Positions 1 to 12,700 of a stretch of DNA of 64,000 nucleotides are shown here, piece after piece. Every line of letters starts with the position of its first letter. Within the stretch, counting starts at the first letter, position 1. Both the position numbers and the translations under genes were made by a program. The stretch spans positions 8,246,001 to 8,310,000 of the forward strand of contig OZ210885.1 in NCBI GenBank assembly GCA_964658305.1. Reading direction: 5' to 3'. Source of the DNA: Leptogorgia sarmentosa. Lineage: Eukaryota. The notes under the pieces are model-generated. The model searched no databases. It had not been told where the DNA came from and saw only the letters and a list, made by a program, of their open reading frames with translations.

Positions 1-577
1 ATCTTTTCTTGTGCTATATCGTACGGTCTTTACGTTCAAAGTACTAAACATAAAAGTGTAAAGACTTCGAATCCCAAATAGATAATCTTCTTTTAGTTTC
101 AAAACGAAAGTGGAAATAAATCATTAGGCTGTACGTATGCCAAGAGCAATGCCAGGAATATTGAAACCTGACACGTTAAAAATACATGGCATGTTGCTTG
201 GGAAAACAAAAACTTCAATCAAGAGTATCGAAAGGGGGTTAACATACGCAGTTTAATTTCCTCACAGTTGAATATGGCCTCTTTCTACTACGTACGACTT
301 GTGTTAATTATAAATTGCATTGCACATCATTTTGGCAGCCTGTTATAATTTAGTTGGTGTAACTGTAAAATTATGACTTAAAAAACATTCAAAATTAGTA
401 ATAGATACCATATAGTGTCATAGATTAACTCGGAATAAAAATAGGTGTGGAAATTTAGCTATAAAATAGTAAACCAGAATATATAGCGAAACTCCCAACG
501 CACTCGTGAATACCGCTGGGTTACATTAGTGCATGATGAAAATGTTTATTGGTACTGAAGCAGATAACCTTGATTGT

Positions 578-1134
578 CAGGCCCGCCCAGACAACGTTTG
601 GGGCCCGGGGCAAAATTTTCCTTGGGGCCCCCTCGGAGTATACCTACATAAGCGTACGGGCTACATTTTTCCAGGGGGGGGGGGCAGAAAGATCTTTGCC
701 CGAATTTGAGGGTAGGGAATGTCACGAGGCGCCACCATGGTTGGCGCCGAGCGAGAAATTTTTGAACTTTTACAACCTCTGGATTGCCGGAAACGGCGAT
801 GTCAGAGTCCTAACTCCACTTTCTTCGTACGCTCGTTCAGGTGAACGACTGGAGGATTGTTGACATTACCTTATTCCTCAGATTTTTGCGCGAATTATGC
901 TCAAAATCAGTGCCCGAATTTTCCAATTTGAAATTTTTTGGGTGCCCCCCCCCCAACCGCGGGGCCCCCGCCTCGTACGCCTATGTATACCTATACTAAT
1001 ATACAAGTAGTTAAATGAGCTTCATGTGTATATGTTGAAGTCGGAGTTGCGATTGCGAAAGCTCGTTGGGGGCCCCAACAAGCCGGGGGCCCGGGGCAAA
1101 TTGCCCCCTTTGCCCCCCCCTCTGGGCGGCCCTG
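578..1134. mobile_element. hAT-type non-autonomous element (MITE)
   Basis: TIRs CAGGCCCGCCCAGA / TCTGGGCGGCCCTG; 8-bp TSD TTGATTGT at 570-577 and 1135-1142; GGGGCCC-rich subtermini. Confidence 0.85.
647..985. mobile_element. hAT-type MITE nested in the 578-1134 element
   Basis: TIRs CATAAGCGTACG / CGTACGCCTATG; 8-bp TSD TATACCTA at 639-646 and 986-993. Confidence 0.85.
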
Positions 1135-1533
1135 TTGATTGTCAATGCTTGAACTCATTAACTCCAATCCATTTACCTTATTATTTTACTCTGATGTCAG
1201 ATGATATTATTTACTGACAAAAAAAAGCGATGATTATCAATGACTTACCCATTAAATTGAAAATACACCTTGATCAGTACTACTTTATCTTTGGACACAT
1301 TCTAATGCCCGACAATTCATATTTCATTTGACAAGCGAAAACCACTGTGTTTTTAACGAGTTAGCGAAAAAGTCATCCAGAATGCTCAGTTAGAGCATTC
1401 AACTGCAATATGGCCTGATACAGCCTTCTCAATCAACCAATAACTAATGGGGCAATTTTAACTCCTCCCCGCCCCCGTTGAGACTGCGCCACTGAGCTAA
1501 AGAATTACTGGAGAGAATGCACGGCATCAAAAA

Positions 1534-2132
1534 GTGAAGCCAAAATTATGGCGTGGATTCATGCATGCCACGTCATATCCACGCCACTGGTTCCTAATTT
1601 TCATTGGAGAACCACTGACCACAACTAACTTTGAGCCCACTAAAGATTTGTTTTGGCGAAAATATTTTGTTTTTTACAAAGGATTTTTCGGTTTTTCTTC
1701 CTTTTTTGACATTCTGATATCATTTGCTGCCTTCAAGACGACTGGAGAAGTGGCGACATCTATTCTAGTTAGTTAAAAATTAAGCGACATAGATATTCAG
1801 AGCTCGAAAATCTCATTTGAAACTTGAAAGGTAGTCTTTTTAGAAAATATTTTATTCGTTTTTTTGCATAAAAAAGGGATTACATATACCTTTCTGGTTG
1901 AAAAAACTCTGCTTTTATATAAGGATTGTGAAACCGTTTCAGCCGTGCAAATATTCTACCTTTTCGTGTTGATTTTTTCAACATAAAAACAAAATTTCGG
2001 CATTTTTTACAAAAACAAAGAGGGAAAATCGTCGTCGGAAACATGAGACCGCTGTTGGTCAGTGGAAATTATATGAGAAATAGGAACCAGTGGCGTCAGC
2101 AACGGTAAAATCCGCCATGTTTCTGGCTTCAC
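1534..2132. mobile_element. Old TIR element, class unresolved
   Basis: Imperfect long inverted repeats GTGAAGCCAAAATTATGGCG...ACGCCACTGGTTCCTA versus TAGGAACCAGTGGCGT...CGCCATGTTTCTGGCTTCAC; no clear TSD. Confidence 0.55.
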
Positions 2133-2152
2133 CCCTTTGTATGGAAAAAGTC

Positions 2153-2671
2153 GAGTGCACTCCATTGAACTAAATAAAACTGAAAGGCTACTTCCGGCCG
2201 GAAATTTGAGGCCGAAATATGCAATATCGGCACAGAGTATATATCATACACAGGTGTAACTGTTGTACCCACTATTTTTGTGCGCATGCTCGGCAAGTTA
2301 CTAGATGCGTGCATCTGATTGGATGAGGACCTGATGACGACTAAATTTAAACTTGCCAAGCATGCGCAGTTGATCATTTTTTGCCGATCGCATTGAAAAA
2401 AAAGTGGGTACGTGAAAATGCGAGTTTTTTCATATTGATTTACATCAGTTATATCTCTGTATGAAATATACTCTGTGATATCGGCCCCAATCTTCTCACG
2501 CAATGTAAACACGGCCAAAACAAATCATTCTTTGTTTTCCGAACAAGCGAGAATGTCGCGCAGCTGAACTCGCGTGAAATTACCCCCCGACACGCGTGTT
2601 TGGCTTCAGTTTTTGCTCTGTCGTTAATATTAAGGTAGCCTTCCAGTTATATATAGTTCAATGGTGCACTC
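2153..2671. mobile_element. Degenerate TIR element hosting the 2231-2477 MITE
   Basis: GAGTGCACTCCATTGAACTAAATAAAACTGAAAGGCTAC near 2153 is inverted at ~2635-2671. Confidence 0.5.
2231..2477. mobile_element. P-superfamily-like MITE (CACAGAG termini)
   Basis: TIRs CACAGAGTATAT / ATATACTCTGTG; 7-bp TSD ATATCGG (2224-2230, 2478-2484); second copy in opposite orientation at 22222-22462. Confidence 0.8.
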
Positions 2672-3466
2672 TCTTCAGTCTTTCTTTAGCTCAGTGGACT
2701 GCGCGCAGGCTACAGACAACCCGGCTGGCAGCCGAACAAACGATGACATTTTTTGCGGCTTTCAGCCGGCGTGAAATCAAACATGCTGATCGGGTGCTGC
2801 GTTTAGTTTGTTCTTCTTGCCAGCAGCTAGAACTGAAGTATTTTACAACCTCAAAAGGAAATTTATTGCTTATCTTTCGAGCAAGATTCAAAATCGTTTC
2901 ACAACCCTTCGTTGTTCCGCTTCACGGACGTAGAAAAGTCGCAATTTAAGGTAAATAATGTCACAATATTGTTATAGTTATATTTTGTCAACTTGACTTC
3001 TTGAGACCATTATCGTTTGATCATTGGAGTATTTTATTATATACATTCATGCGATTTCATATTTAAATTTCTCTGTCTGTTACCAACTTGATTGTGAACA
3101 CTTTAACATTTGTTTCATTTGATGAAATCAAAATGCTTGCAAAATATACAGTTATGTGTACATTTTGTTGAATACCAATGTAGACATGCATTTTTTTCAT
3201 GTGTCATTAAATTTTTATGGTTTGTTATATCATAGATGATATTGATTGCCACAATTTTTCACATTAAAAAGCTGAGCCCTTTGTTCTTCTGTGTCGTCCA
3301 AATGATTTAGTGCAAGATGTGCAAGCTAGCCCACAATAATGTCATGCATTCTATTGTGATGCTCAAATATGGAAATTTACTATCATCATAATAACCACTA
3401 TTCAATTACAATTTACAATTCAATATAACATATACTGAGTGGTAATGTGTTGATTGTGTTTAAGTA

Positions 3467-3905
3467 TCGATGAAAGCCGTATACAGCTAGTATCCTAATA
3501 CAATATGTCCATAACTGCAATCAGGAACATTTGAGAAAAATTCATCAACTATAATGCCCTTTTAGACAAGTAACACAACCAAATTTTCTTTGACAAATTT
3601 CCTGTCTCAAATGCAATTGCTCAAAAGCTAACCAACCAGCTTTCGATGAAAGTCGTATACAGCTAGTATCCTAAATAGAATATGTCCATAACTGCAATCA
3701 GGAACATTTGAGAAAAATTCATCAACTATAATGCCCTTTTAGACAAGTAACACAACCAAATTTTCTTTGACAAATTTCCTGTCTCAAATGCAATTGCTCA
3801 AAAGCTAACCAACCAGCTTTCGATGAAAGTCGTATACAGCTAGTATCCTAAATAGAATATGTCCATAACTGCAATCAGGAACATTTGAGAAAAATTCATC
3901 AACTA
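3467..3905. repeat. Tandem repeat, ~177-bp unit, ~2.5 copies
   Basis: TCGATGAAAG(C/T)CGTATACAGCTAG recurs at 3467, 3643, 3820, nearly identical; a ~58-bp direct repeat lies at 3363-3420 and 3913-3970. Confidence 0.9.
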
Positions 3906-5648
3906 AGGAAATTCAAATATGGAAATTTACTATCATCATAATAACCACTATTCAATTACAATTTACAATTTTTGAACACATGCATTTGTCAAAATAATTT
4001 TGTCAAAAATTCCCAATAAACATGGTCAGAAAAACATTGCTGTGTAAAAGGGGCTTTCGTCCCTGCCCTAACATTGCAGGGTGAATTGATTTTTCAACGA
4101 TTTTGTTAAAAAACACATGAAATGCCCCTGAAACTTCTCTGGTGCCCCTGTATGTGTATAATTTTCACTCAATAATAAGACACATTAACTCTCCTGAAAA
4201 TTTTCACATTAACTCTCCTGAAAATTTTTCACATTTAGTGAAGTTCTATTAAAGCTTATTGATTTACCCCAAACCTATACTGATGTTATATTTCACTGCA
4301 AATTTCAAGTGACAATTGCATTTTGTGTCTGTTTACCTGATTTAGATCAAACGTATTTCATTTCTGTTTTGAAATCGTAAGGGATTGGATTAGATTACGG
4401 TACATGAACCTGTATTAAGCAACTCATTCTGGATTGAGTCCATTTTGAATTTGGTTTTGCTTTCAAACATCCAATCTTAATAGATTCAAATGCTAATCCA
4501 AAAAAATGCATCGAACATGAGATCCAATTTTATTGCAGAACGAAGTGTGACTGGGGAAACTGCAAAGCAAATCATGCATGTTTTTGTGCAGCACATTTTC
4601 CCATTTCTTAAATCCCATTTTGCATGTACATAAACTGTCGAACTAAAAGTGAGTTTGTTTCTGGATCAAAACTTGATCTGGACTGATGTAAACCATCCCT
4701 TACTAGGAAAGTGATCCCAATCATCCCATCATGCAATACATGTGTCAAAAGTCCTCAATTATCCATAAACACTCACCATATACATGGTCGATCCCCCAGC
4801 ATTTTATAGTTGGAATTTTCATTGTCAGATTTGATAGCTAATGATAAATTTATAAACTGTTTCTATGAAACCTGATTGTCAGGAATTGAAATATCTTGTA
4901 ACCCTGAGATTCCAGTCCGAATTCTGACAATGGAGGTCAGTTGTTGAGTAATAACTTCAGGTTCATGAAGATATATCTTGTATTTGCTTAGGTGGCTGGT
5001 TGTCTTTGCTCAGTTTAATATACCGTCCAAACAAGATACCACCAAAGGATATTACTGTAAGTGTATCCCTGGTTCGGTACATTGTATATATACTCCTCAC
5101 ATTGATTATCTCATTTATTATACATTTATGTATAATAAATGAGAATATCTTATAGTAGAGATGGGGGCAGACAACAGGGTGGGGGGGGGGGGGGGGTGGG
5201 GGGAAGTGGACACTGATGTTTTGGTTTGAACCATGTTATACAACAACATTTAGTTGGTCTATAAAATACAAATAAATTGTAAAAATTAACAGCGGCTTTG
5301 CAACTTTTATTTCCATATAGAAATGTGATTGTTTCAGCTGTTGGTATCTTCTAACAAGAATTCATAGTTCGGAAAATTTGATTTTGAACCAGAATTAAGG
5401 CTGCCAAATTGGTCTGGTACATTTAGTTTCCTTGGATTATAAAATGAAATAAATTAAGGTGGGTAAGTTGATTGTCTAGTAACAAACTTCAGTATGTGTG
5501 TTCAGTATTACCAGCGGGTTACGAAATCGACAAGCAGCAAGTGACCCTTATTGGTCGAGAATCAGTGTTGAGAGTTAAAGCGAAACGCAATATTTTTCGG
5601 AGAGTTGACATATTAACATCCTTGTTTTGAATAGTTTCCCAATTTGGT

Positions 5649-6440
5649 TTTTGTATCTGCGCACGCAGTCACGCAGATATATAATTGCTATCGTGTTGTG
5701 TTTGTGTGTTGAAATGTTTGACACTGGGGCAAAGCACGATCTTGCGGGCTGAATATAACAAAATGATGACTGATGCAGGCGCGATCTAAATAGTGGTGAT
5801 ATGTTTGATCGGGGATTTGTTTAGTTAAAAAAGCCAGATAAGAAGAAAATACTATGGCCGGAGCGACGGGTACTTTAGCAGAAATAGAGGTTTATTTATG
5901 AGCTTTTACGCCGTCTAGAATACTATTTACTATGGAAATTTATATCGTCGATCATCGATGCAAAAATATCATGACGCAAATTATACACTGTATCATTTTG
6001 AACACAAGCTTAAACAGCAACGAAGCATAAATATCATGTGCAAATTATACTTTGTGTTACCTTGAACACATATTACTGTCTTCACAAAACTGCACGTATT
6101 ATATTTTCCGTACGATACTTTGAGCGTGTCGGCATTGACATGTTTATACATGCTTGGACTGTCGGCAGTGTCACAGTGATCACGCAAAATGTTCATTATT
6201 TTGACGCTTCGCTATACAGAACAGTTGGAAGATTCAATCCCATTGCCAGGAAAACAGAAAAATACCTTGTATTTTGTAGTTTGTGATGAAACGAGTTGGT
6301 GCAATTTATATTACGCATGCACATATACGCAAATGCTACGTAAATGAACAGAATAATGAGATATAATATGGTTTTAATTCATACAAAAGGTAAACTTGGT
6401 CTTTGGAAAGCCGCATTTTTCACCAACAATCGCAATTTCC
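5649..6440 (+). mobile_element. Truncated DINE-1/HINE-like (non-autonomous Helentron) copy
   Basis: Starts TTTTGTATCTGCG...CGCAGATAT...TTGCTATCGTGTTG; 5960-6430 matches the reverse complement of parts of 33540-34130. Confidence 0.6.
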
Positions 6441-7280
6441 CTATTCCCTAGCAGTATATCATTTCATACATTAAATATCGCGTATTAGGGATTCGCGTTG
6501 AACAAATTTTAAATTTGATGATCGTTTGTAAGCTGGGCGCAAGCTGGTGGAAAACTCGAGAAATATGTAAAAGTGCCAATAATGCGCAGAAACTTAGTAA
6601 TTAGCAGCATAAACGCATTTATGTATTGCTGAAAATATGTACATCTCATGAATAGCTACAAAACCGGAACCAAATACAGTACGTATGTGGGGTCGAATGA
6701 CAGTGTTCGCGGCCCATTTGCTTTCCAATGAATACCGCGGAAGGTAAAAAACATTATTTTCGCATAACATATGTTTTGTTACTTAAGTTAAAATGTTTAT
6801 ATGTGCTTAGGAATTCGGTATACTTTTTGCGTCCACGTTGCTATAGCAACGTAGAGGCTATGTAAGCGTAAAATTTCTGGCTGGCTGTGTTTCAACAACT
6901 AATATGACGTATTTTGACGTCACGAGCTCTCAAGGTAAACACTAACACTCAAGCGTTGTTTTTACTACCGATGATGTATCGAACTGTCAACTAAATAACT
7001 GGTGACGTATGTGATTTACTGCGGCGTGTTTCACTGTCAAGCTGTGCCAGTGTGCGTTGTTCTAACGTTCATTCGAAGGACTCATTTCAAAGCTTCGGTA
7101 AAGCGATTTCTAAAGCATTTTCACTCATCCAGCCTGGAGGGGGATTTAGAATAAGAATAACATTTGAAACTTTGTTGCGTCACATTCCCTATATTTTCGG
7201 ATTGCAATATTTGTATCGTACAGTGAGTTTCAAAATGTATAGTATCAACGTAGGCGTATGCACGCATTGTGCGTGCTTAT

Positions 7281-8152
7281 TTTTGTATCTGCGCTTGCGC
7301 AGATATATTGCTATCGCGCTTGTTAGGTTCGTTAAATACTTTTGAGATGACGTAACGACAAGAGCCAGGCCGTGGAGGAGCGGAGGCGATGTTGCATTGC
7401 TTATGCCGAAAAAATGTAAAGTGTAGTGTTGAAATGCGAACGTTTAGACAAACAATTTTGTCTTTCTGATTAAGTATTATTAAATGTACAATTGCAATTA
7501 TAGCAGCAGCGTGTTATTTCGTCGAATTAGAAGTTGCGATTCTGTAAATTTACTCTCGTAGCATTGCGGTTGCATTGCGAAATATAAATCCCAGTAAATG
7601 TGCCATTACAGTTCGAAAAATCATTCAAAACAGCAGCATGTTATGTTGCAATGTTTGCCCCAATAGAATGTAAAGTGTAGCCTTCAAATACGAAAGTTTA
7701 GGCAATCAATTTTCACATTCTACATCTCAGGAAGTGCGCAATTATATTTTAAAACGACATGGACAATTTAAAAACATGGACAGAATATGTTGCATGTAAG
7801 TGGTCTTATACAAAGGGTAAACTTGGTCACTAGAAAGCCACATATTTCGCGACAACGTTAATAAAATTGAAGGTCTTTAAAATATGCCATATCGTAGCTA
7901 TGTCGCCCAGTTTCAATTCTAATGCAATTTGATATTCGCAGAATGTATTTATGAAAGCTTATATCAAGTACTCAAAGCACAACCTCGCGCCTTAGGAAGC
8001 ACTATTTTCGGGAAAATAGTCGCGCTATTTGTATGCTATTTTATACATGCAAGGTGACACATATGCGGGACAGATTCGACAGGTCGCGCAATGACAAGTT
8101 TGTATCAGCTGGTAACTTGCGCGCAGATACATGTCACTTGGTGTACCTATTT
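7281..8152 (+). mobile_element. DINE-1/HINE-like non-autonomous Helentron
   Basis: 5' TTTTGTATCTGCG-TTG-CGCAGATAT hairpin; 3' subterminal inverted CGCAGATACA, short stem-loop, then TATTTT; homologous to 33251-34550. Confidence 0.7.
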
Positions 8153-9224
8153 TATATATTTCGAATCTCAGCTTTTCGGTGTGACAGTGCCCCTTTAATG
8201 CACTTGTATATATAAAACATGTGTCCCTCACCTCCCACAATAATTCCTGGCGAAGTGGGCAGTCGTTCGAAATATCAAACCTTTTTGTATCAATTATGTA
8301 GGTCATGAGCAAAGAGCTCTATCTGTTACATGTTTAGTCATCACACTCAGACATTAATGAACCCATTAAAGTGTATACAAGATGAATATTTCGAATTTTT
8401 TTACATGATCTGAAAATTCCATCTTTGCGGAGCATATTGATACCAATCTTGTTGACAACGTCGAACGAGAAGTTTGTGAATTTTAGGCTAAAGTTGGGCT
8501 ATAGGACATTTTACATGATGAAGGACTGGTACCAAAAATTCCGGCCTTGTGACGTGTGCATAGTAAGTAAGACATATAATGAATAACAACAAAATTCACT
8601 GATCACAAGACATTAGCTTGTATATTTCTTCTTCTAAATGCGAAACGTGTTCAATAATGGAAGGTTTTAATAGAGATACAGAACAAGCAACAAATAACAA
8701 ATAACACGGACGTTGTTAAACCATCGTCTGTTAGAGCCATGCAGTTGCTGTATTAAAACTATAAGGTAGACAAAACAGACGGGATTGGTGGGCTATATTT
8801 CGTGGAATAACCTTTGAAGTGAGAAAGCAAAGCTGTAGAGAGACTTTGTAAAGAGATTCTTGATTCTCGAATGTATGACCAAAAATATGCAACGGGAATA
8901 TCGTTTCATGACGCAGCGAGCAGATACGATCAAGGTAAATACAGCTGACTGCAGTCAGTGCAATGCCAAGGGCTTTTATACCTGATAGAACAGGGAAAAT
9001 TATCTTGAATCAAAAAGCAAAACGTACGATCCCAAGAGTTGTATTCTACAAGGTTGTATTCTATTCTTCACATTATTCTTCTATTACCTGTATTCTGAAT
9101 TTTAATGAACTTGGACAATATACTAGCTTGCTTAATCGGTCAGCGTACAGGTGTGACGCGAAATTCTTGACTTGCTAAATACATGATAATCGCAGTGCTG
9201 CGCATTCGCAAATGATGTGCGACA

Positions 9225-9602
9225 GCAGAAATTTTTTTTTGGATCACTTTGCTCGGGAGGTACTGGGTCGAGAATATTATATGGCAATTCTGACTGTAAA
9301 AAGAAAATATTGTATTTTCTTTTTGTTTTTCTAATCCAGGCTCAAACAGTAATTCTGACCCTAACAACAAAATGCTGAGAAAAAAAGCTTGAAAAAAAAC
9401 ACAAAATGACAAAAAGCCAACACACGAGATTCGAACCTGCAGGGTCGCTGCTGGCGAGTCGGGACCAGAACCTCTGAGCCAATGAAGCTCGACAAAATTG
9501 CCGGTAAAAACCTTCTATATGAATAGATTTTGCAATACGACATATAAAGTACGCGCGGTTACTAAGTATCCCAAAGAAAGTGATCCCAAAATAAATTTCT
9601 GC
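9225..9602. mobile_element. Mutator (MULE)-type MITE carrying a tRNA-like cassette
   Basis: TIRs GCAGAAATTT..GGATCACTTT / AAAGTGATCC..ATTTCTGC; 9-bp TSD TGTGCGACA (9216-9224, 9603-9611); copies at 27419-27818 and ~44810-45054. Confidence 0.85.
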
Positions 9603-9769
9603 TGTGCGACATCCACGTTGGCTCATAAATTTTGCAACTGCTGAAGCTACAACGACATGTTTTCCTTCGAAAGCTATTTTTAAGTAATTTTTCTGTAAAT
9701 GTTCTTTACGAATGGCTACAAATTCATGTACGGCATCTATTACTATAATTTAATGATACTTTTCACTAC

Positions 9770-12700
9770 ATGGTAGTGAAAAGGTCAACTTAATTTCGCA
9801 ACATATGCGGGATCTGGCACGACTGCAATGCAGCTGAGGCAGTTGTGCCATGTGCCTGCATTGCAGTTGAAGCAGGCAGTTAAACCAGAGTTTTTTGATA
9901 AATTCGTGGAAGCGACCCGAACAGTCAGCGGCTTTGACAAAAAAGAGCGTAATTTAAATCAATACAAAGCCCCATCGAGTGCCAAAAAATCGGGTATGCA
10001 ACAAAAAAAAGCAGCACTCATAGGGAAAGGGCAGGCCATTCGCTGTCGTGATTCCAACATCAAGAAAGACGTTGATGATTTCCTCAGTCTCTACGACGGC
10101 GAATGGTCGGAGAAGGTATCCAGTAATGCCCTGAATGCTCTGGCTTATAGGAAACATAACAAGCCAGAGACACTGCCCCTTACTGAGTACTTGGTCAAAC
10201 TCCGACAATAACAGATGGATAAGGTTAGCTACTTAACATTAATTGATAGCGAAATCGTTTAATACTCGTCAGGGAAGCAATATGCTTAGAGAATTAGCCC
10301 TTAAGTCAGTCAGTCAGCTGGGGCTTGTCTCGACATTCGACAATGAGAAACATCGATAAAACGTTGTTTAAATTATTTCCTCAATAATAATTAAGAATTA
10401 TTAATAATAATAATTTAATAATTATTTATTAAATCATTGTGGTATTTTCGTCACAAACTATGCAAATACCCATATTTTCGTGAGTATCGAGCGATGGTGT
10501 GAAAATGAACTCTTCAGGAGTGCGTGCGTCCTCGGACTGAAAATGAAGAAATACTAACATTTCCTCATTGCGATGCAAGGAGTCAAAACTGTATGGGTGG
10601 GTACAGGAGAGTCTTTGATCAAAATTTGGACCTCTTGAAATTTGGGCCTTTTTTTAAACTGAAACCAACGACTTTAATTAACAACTTCACTGAAGACACA
10701 TGCTTATCAGCTTTCCAGCGTTTTTTCAGATTTTTTTGCTTTACAACTACCAAGTGTTGATTATTATTTAAACATCATTAATAATTCATAAACCATTTGT
10801 CATTTCAATAATTGGCTAGCATGTTAATACGGCTACATAAAAGAGCTAAAATTCATTAAATTTTGTGAATTTCATATTTTTGAACATCATTTCGGGTTGT
10901 ATCAAAAGGCCTAAATTAAATTTTGAAATATGACGTGAGAATATTTGAGCGAAAAATACCTAAAATTTGTTAATGTGGAATCGTTCTATGAAATTAGCAT
11001 TAATTTTGATAAATTGCAAACGTACAAAGACCTTTTCATTTTGGTTTTGCAAATATTACGTTTGAGAAGGACTAATATTGATATTTACAGTTAACATAAC
11101 CAATTTACATTGCTTTCTGTCAAGGTTTGATCTCGTTGAAATCGTGGGGAAGCGTAACCGAAAGGTTCCCATTATCATTACCCCAGAGGTACAAAGAGCA
11201 ATTGAAATATTAATTAATACTCGTGATGAAGTTGGCGTTCATCCGGATAACCCATATGTCTTCGCCGTCAATAATGACAATTCTAAGAATAACATCAGAG
11301 GATGCCAAGCCATTGCAAATGTTGTTCGCCATGTCGAACTCAAGAATCCGGAGCAGCTTACCTCGACAAAGCTGAGGAAATACGTGGCCACCGTCTCGCA
11401 GATTGTGGAAATGAACGAAGCAGAAATTGGATGGCTGGCCAGGCATCTTGGCCATGACATCCAAATTCATAAAGATTTTTACCGGCTACAAGAGAGCACT
11501 ATCGAAATGGCAATCGTTGGGAATCTTCTTGTAGCTGTGGATGAAGGGAAGGCTAGCCAGTTCAAGGGGCGGAATTTTAGAGACATAAAGTTGCAAGGTA
11601 TGAATAAATTCCTATCTAATATTATTGCAGGACCATATAAATCCATGACATCAATGTAGCAACATGGCATTGGTTATATGTTCTAAAACGTTCTTTTAAT
11701 TAGCTATTCTAGTACAACGTCTATTTAACAATTAGACAATGAAGCCGAGTTGTCTAATTGTTTTAGTATACACTCTATGCGCAGAATGATTTATATAAAG
11801 AAAATTTTTCAGAAACCTTAGCAAAACGCGAGTTTTCTGCAGTAGCCATATTGTTTTCCTTTACTTTTTCGCGAACCGTGGTCTATCACAGAATAGCTAG
11901 CCGAGTAGCCAATCAGAATGTAGCATTTGTAATAGACGATGGTTGGGTGTATACTAAAATTTATTAGTATACACCCAACCATCGTCTATTACAAATGCTA
12001 CATTCTAATTGGCTACCAGTCGTTGTCTTTTGCGTGATACACCACGGTTCGCGAAAAAGCAATGGAAAACAATATGGCTACTGCAGAAAACTCGCGTTTT
12101 GCTGAGGTTTTTGAAAAATTTTCTTTATATAAATCATTCTGGGCTTAGAGTGTATACGAAAACAATTAGAAAACTCGGTCTCGTTGTATAATTGTTAATT
12201 AGTAGCTACTGTGAAATAAAGGAAATGCTTGAGTTTTTACAGTATTCATGAACTAAATTATTTGTATTGAAAATAGATGCCGTATATAAACAAACAACAA
12301 ACTGGACGGTATTTTCAAAGTCCTTGTGCATATGAAAGGATAGGGATATAGCATGGAAATTACTCCAAAGTGACTGAGCAAACAATTGAAACCCCCTTAC
12401 CCAGAACTAAGTTTTGCTAATGAATAAAACTTTTTCTCTAAAACGTTTTTTTGTTTCGAGATAAGACGACGTAAAAATTATTATTTTTGCAGAACAATTT
12501 TTATTCTTTTTTAGAATTCGATGGTACCAATAAGGAAGAATCCTTTAGTAAGTACAACTAAACATTGTTCTTTTAGTCTATTTGTTATATAGACAATAAG
12601 ATACAACAGAATTCCTGGTTTTGGTAATCCAGGAAATCGGATTATCGTTTTGGCGACAGTTGAAAGAATTTTAAGTTTTCCTTGTGTGCAAACTTGTTTC

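Noticed and set aside
549..1217. GC-rich ORFs 549-863 and 1026-1217
   Set aside because: They lie within nested hAT MITEs and show no protein motifs
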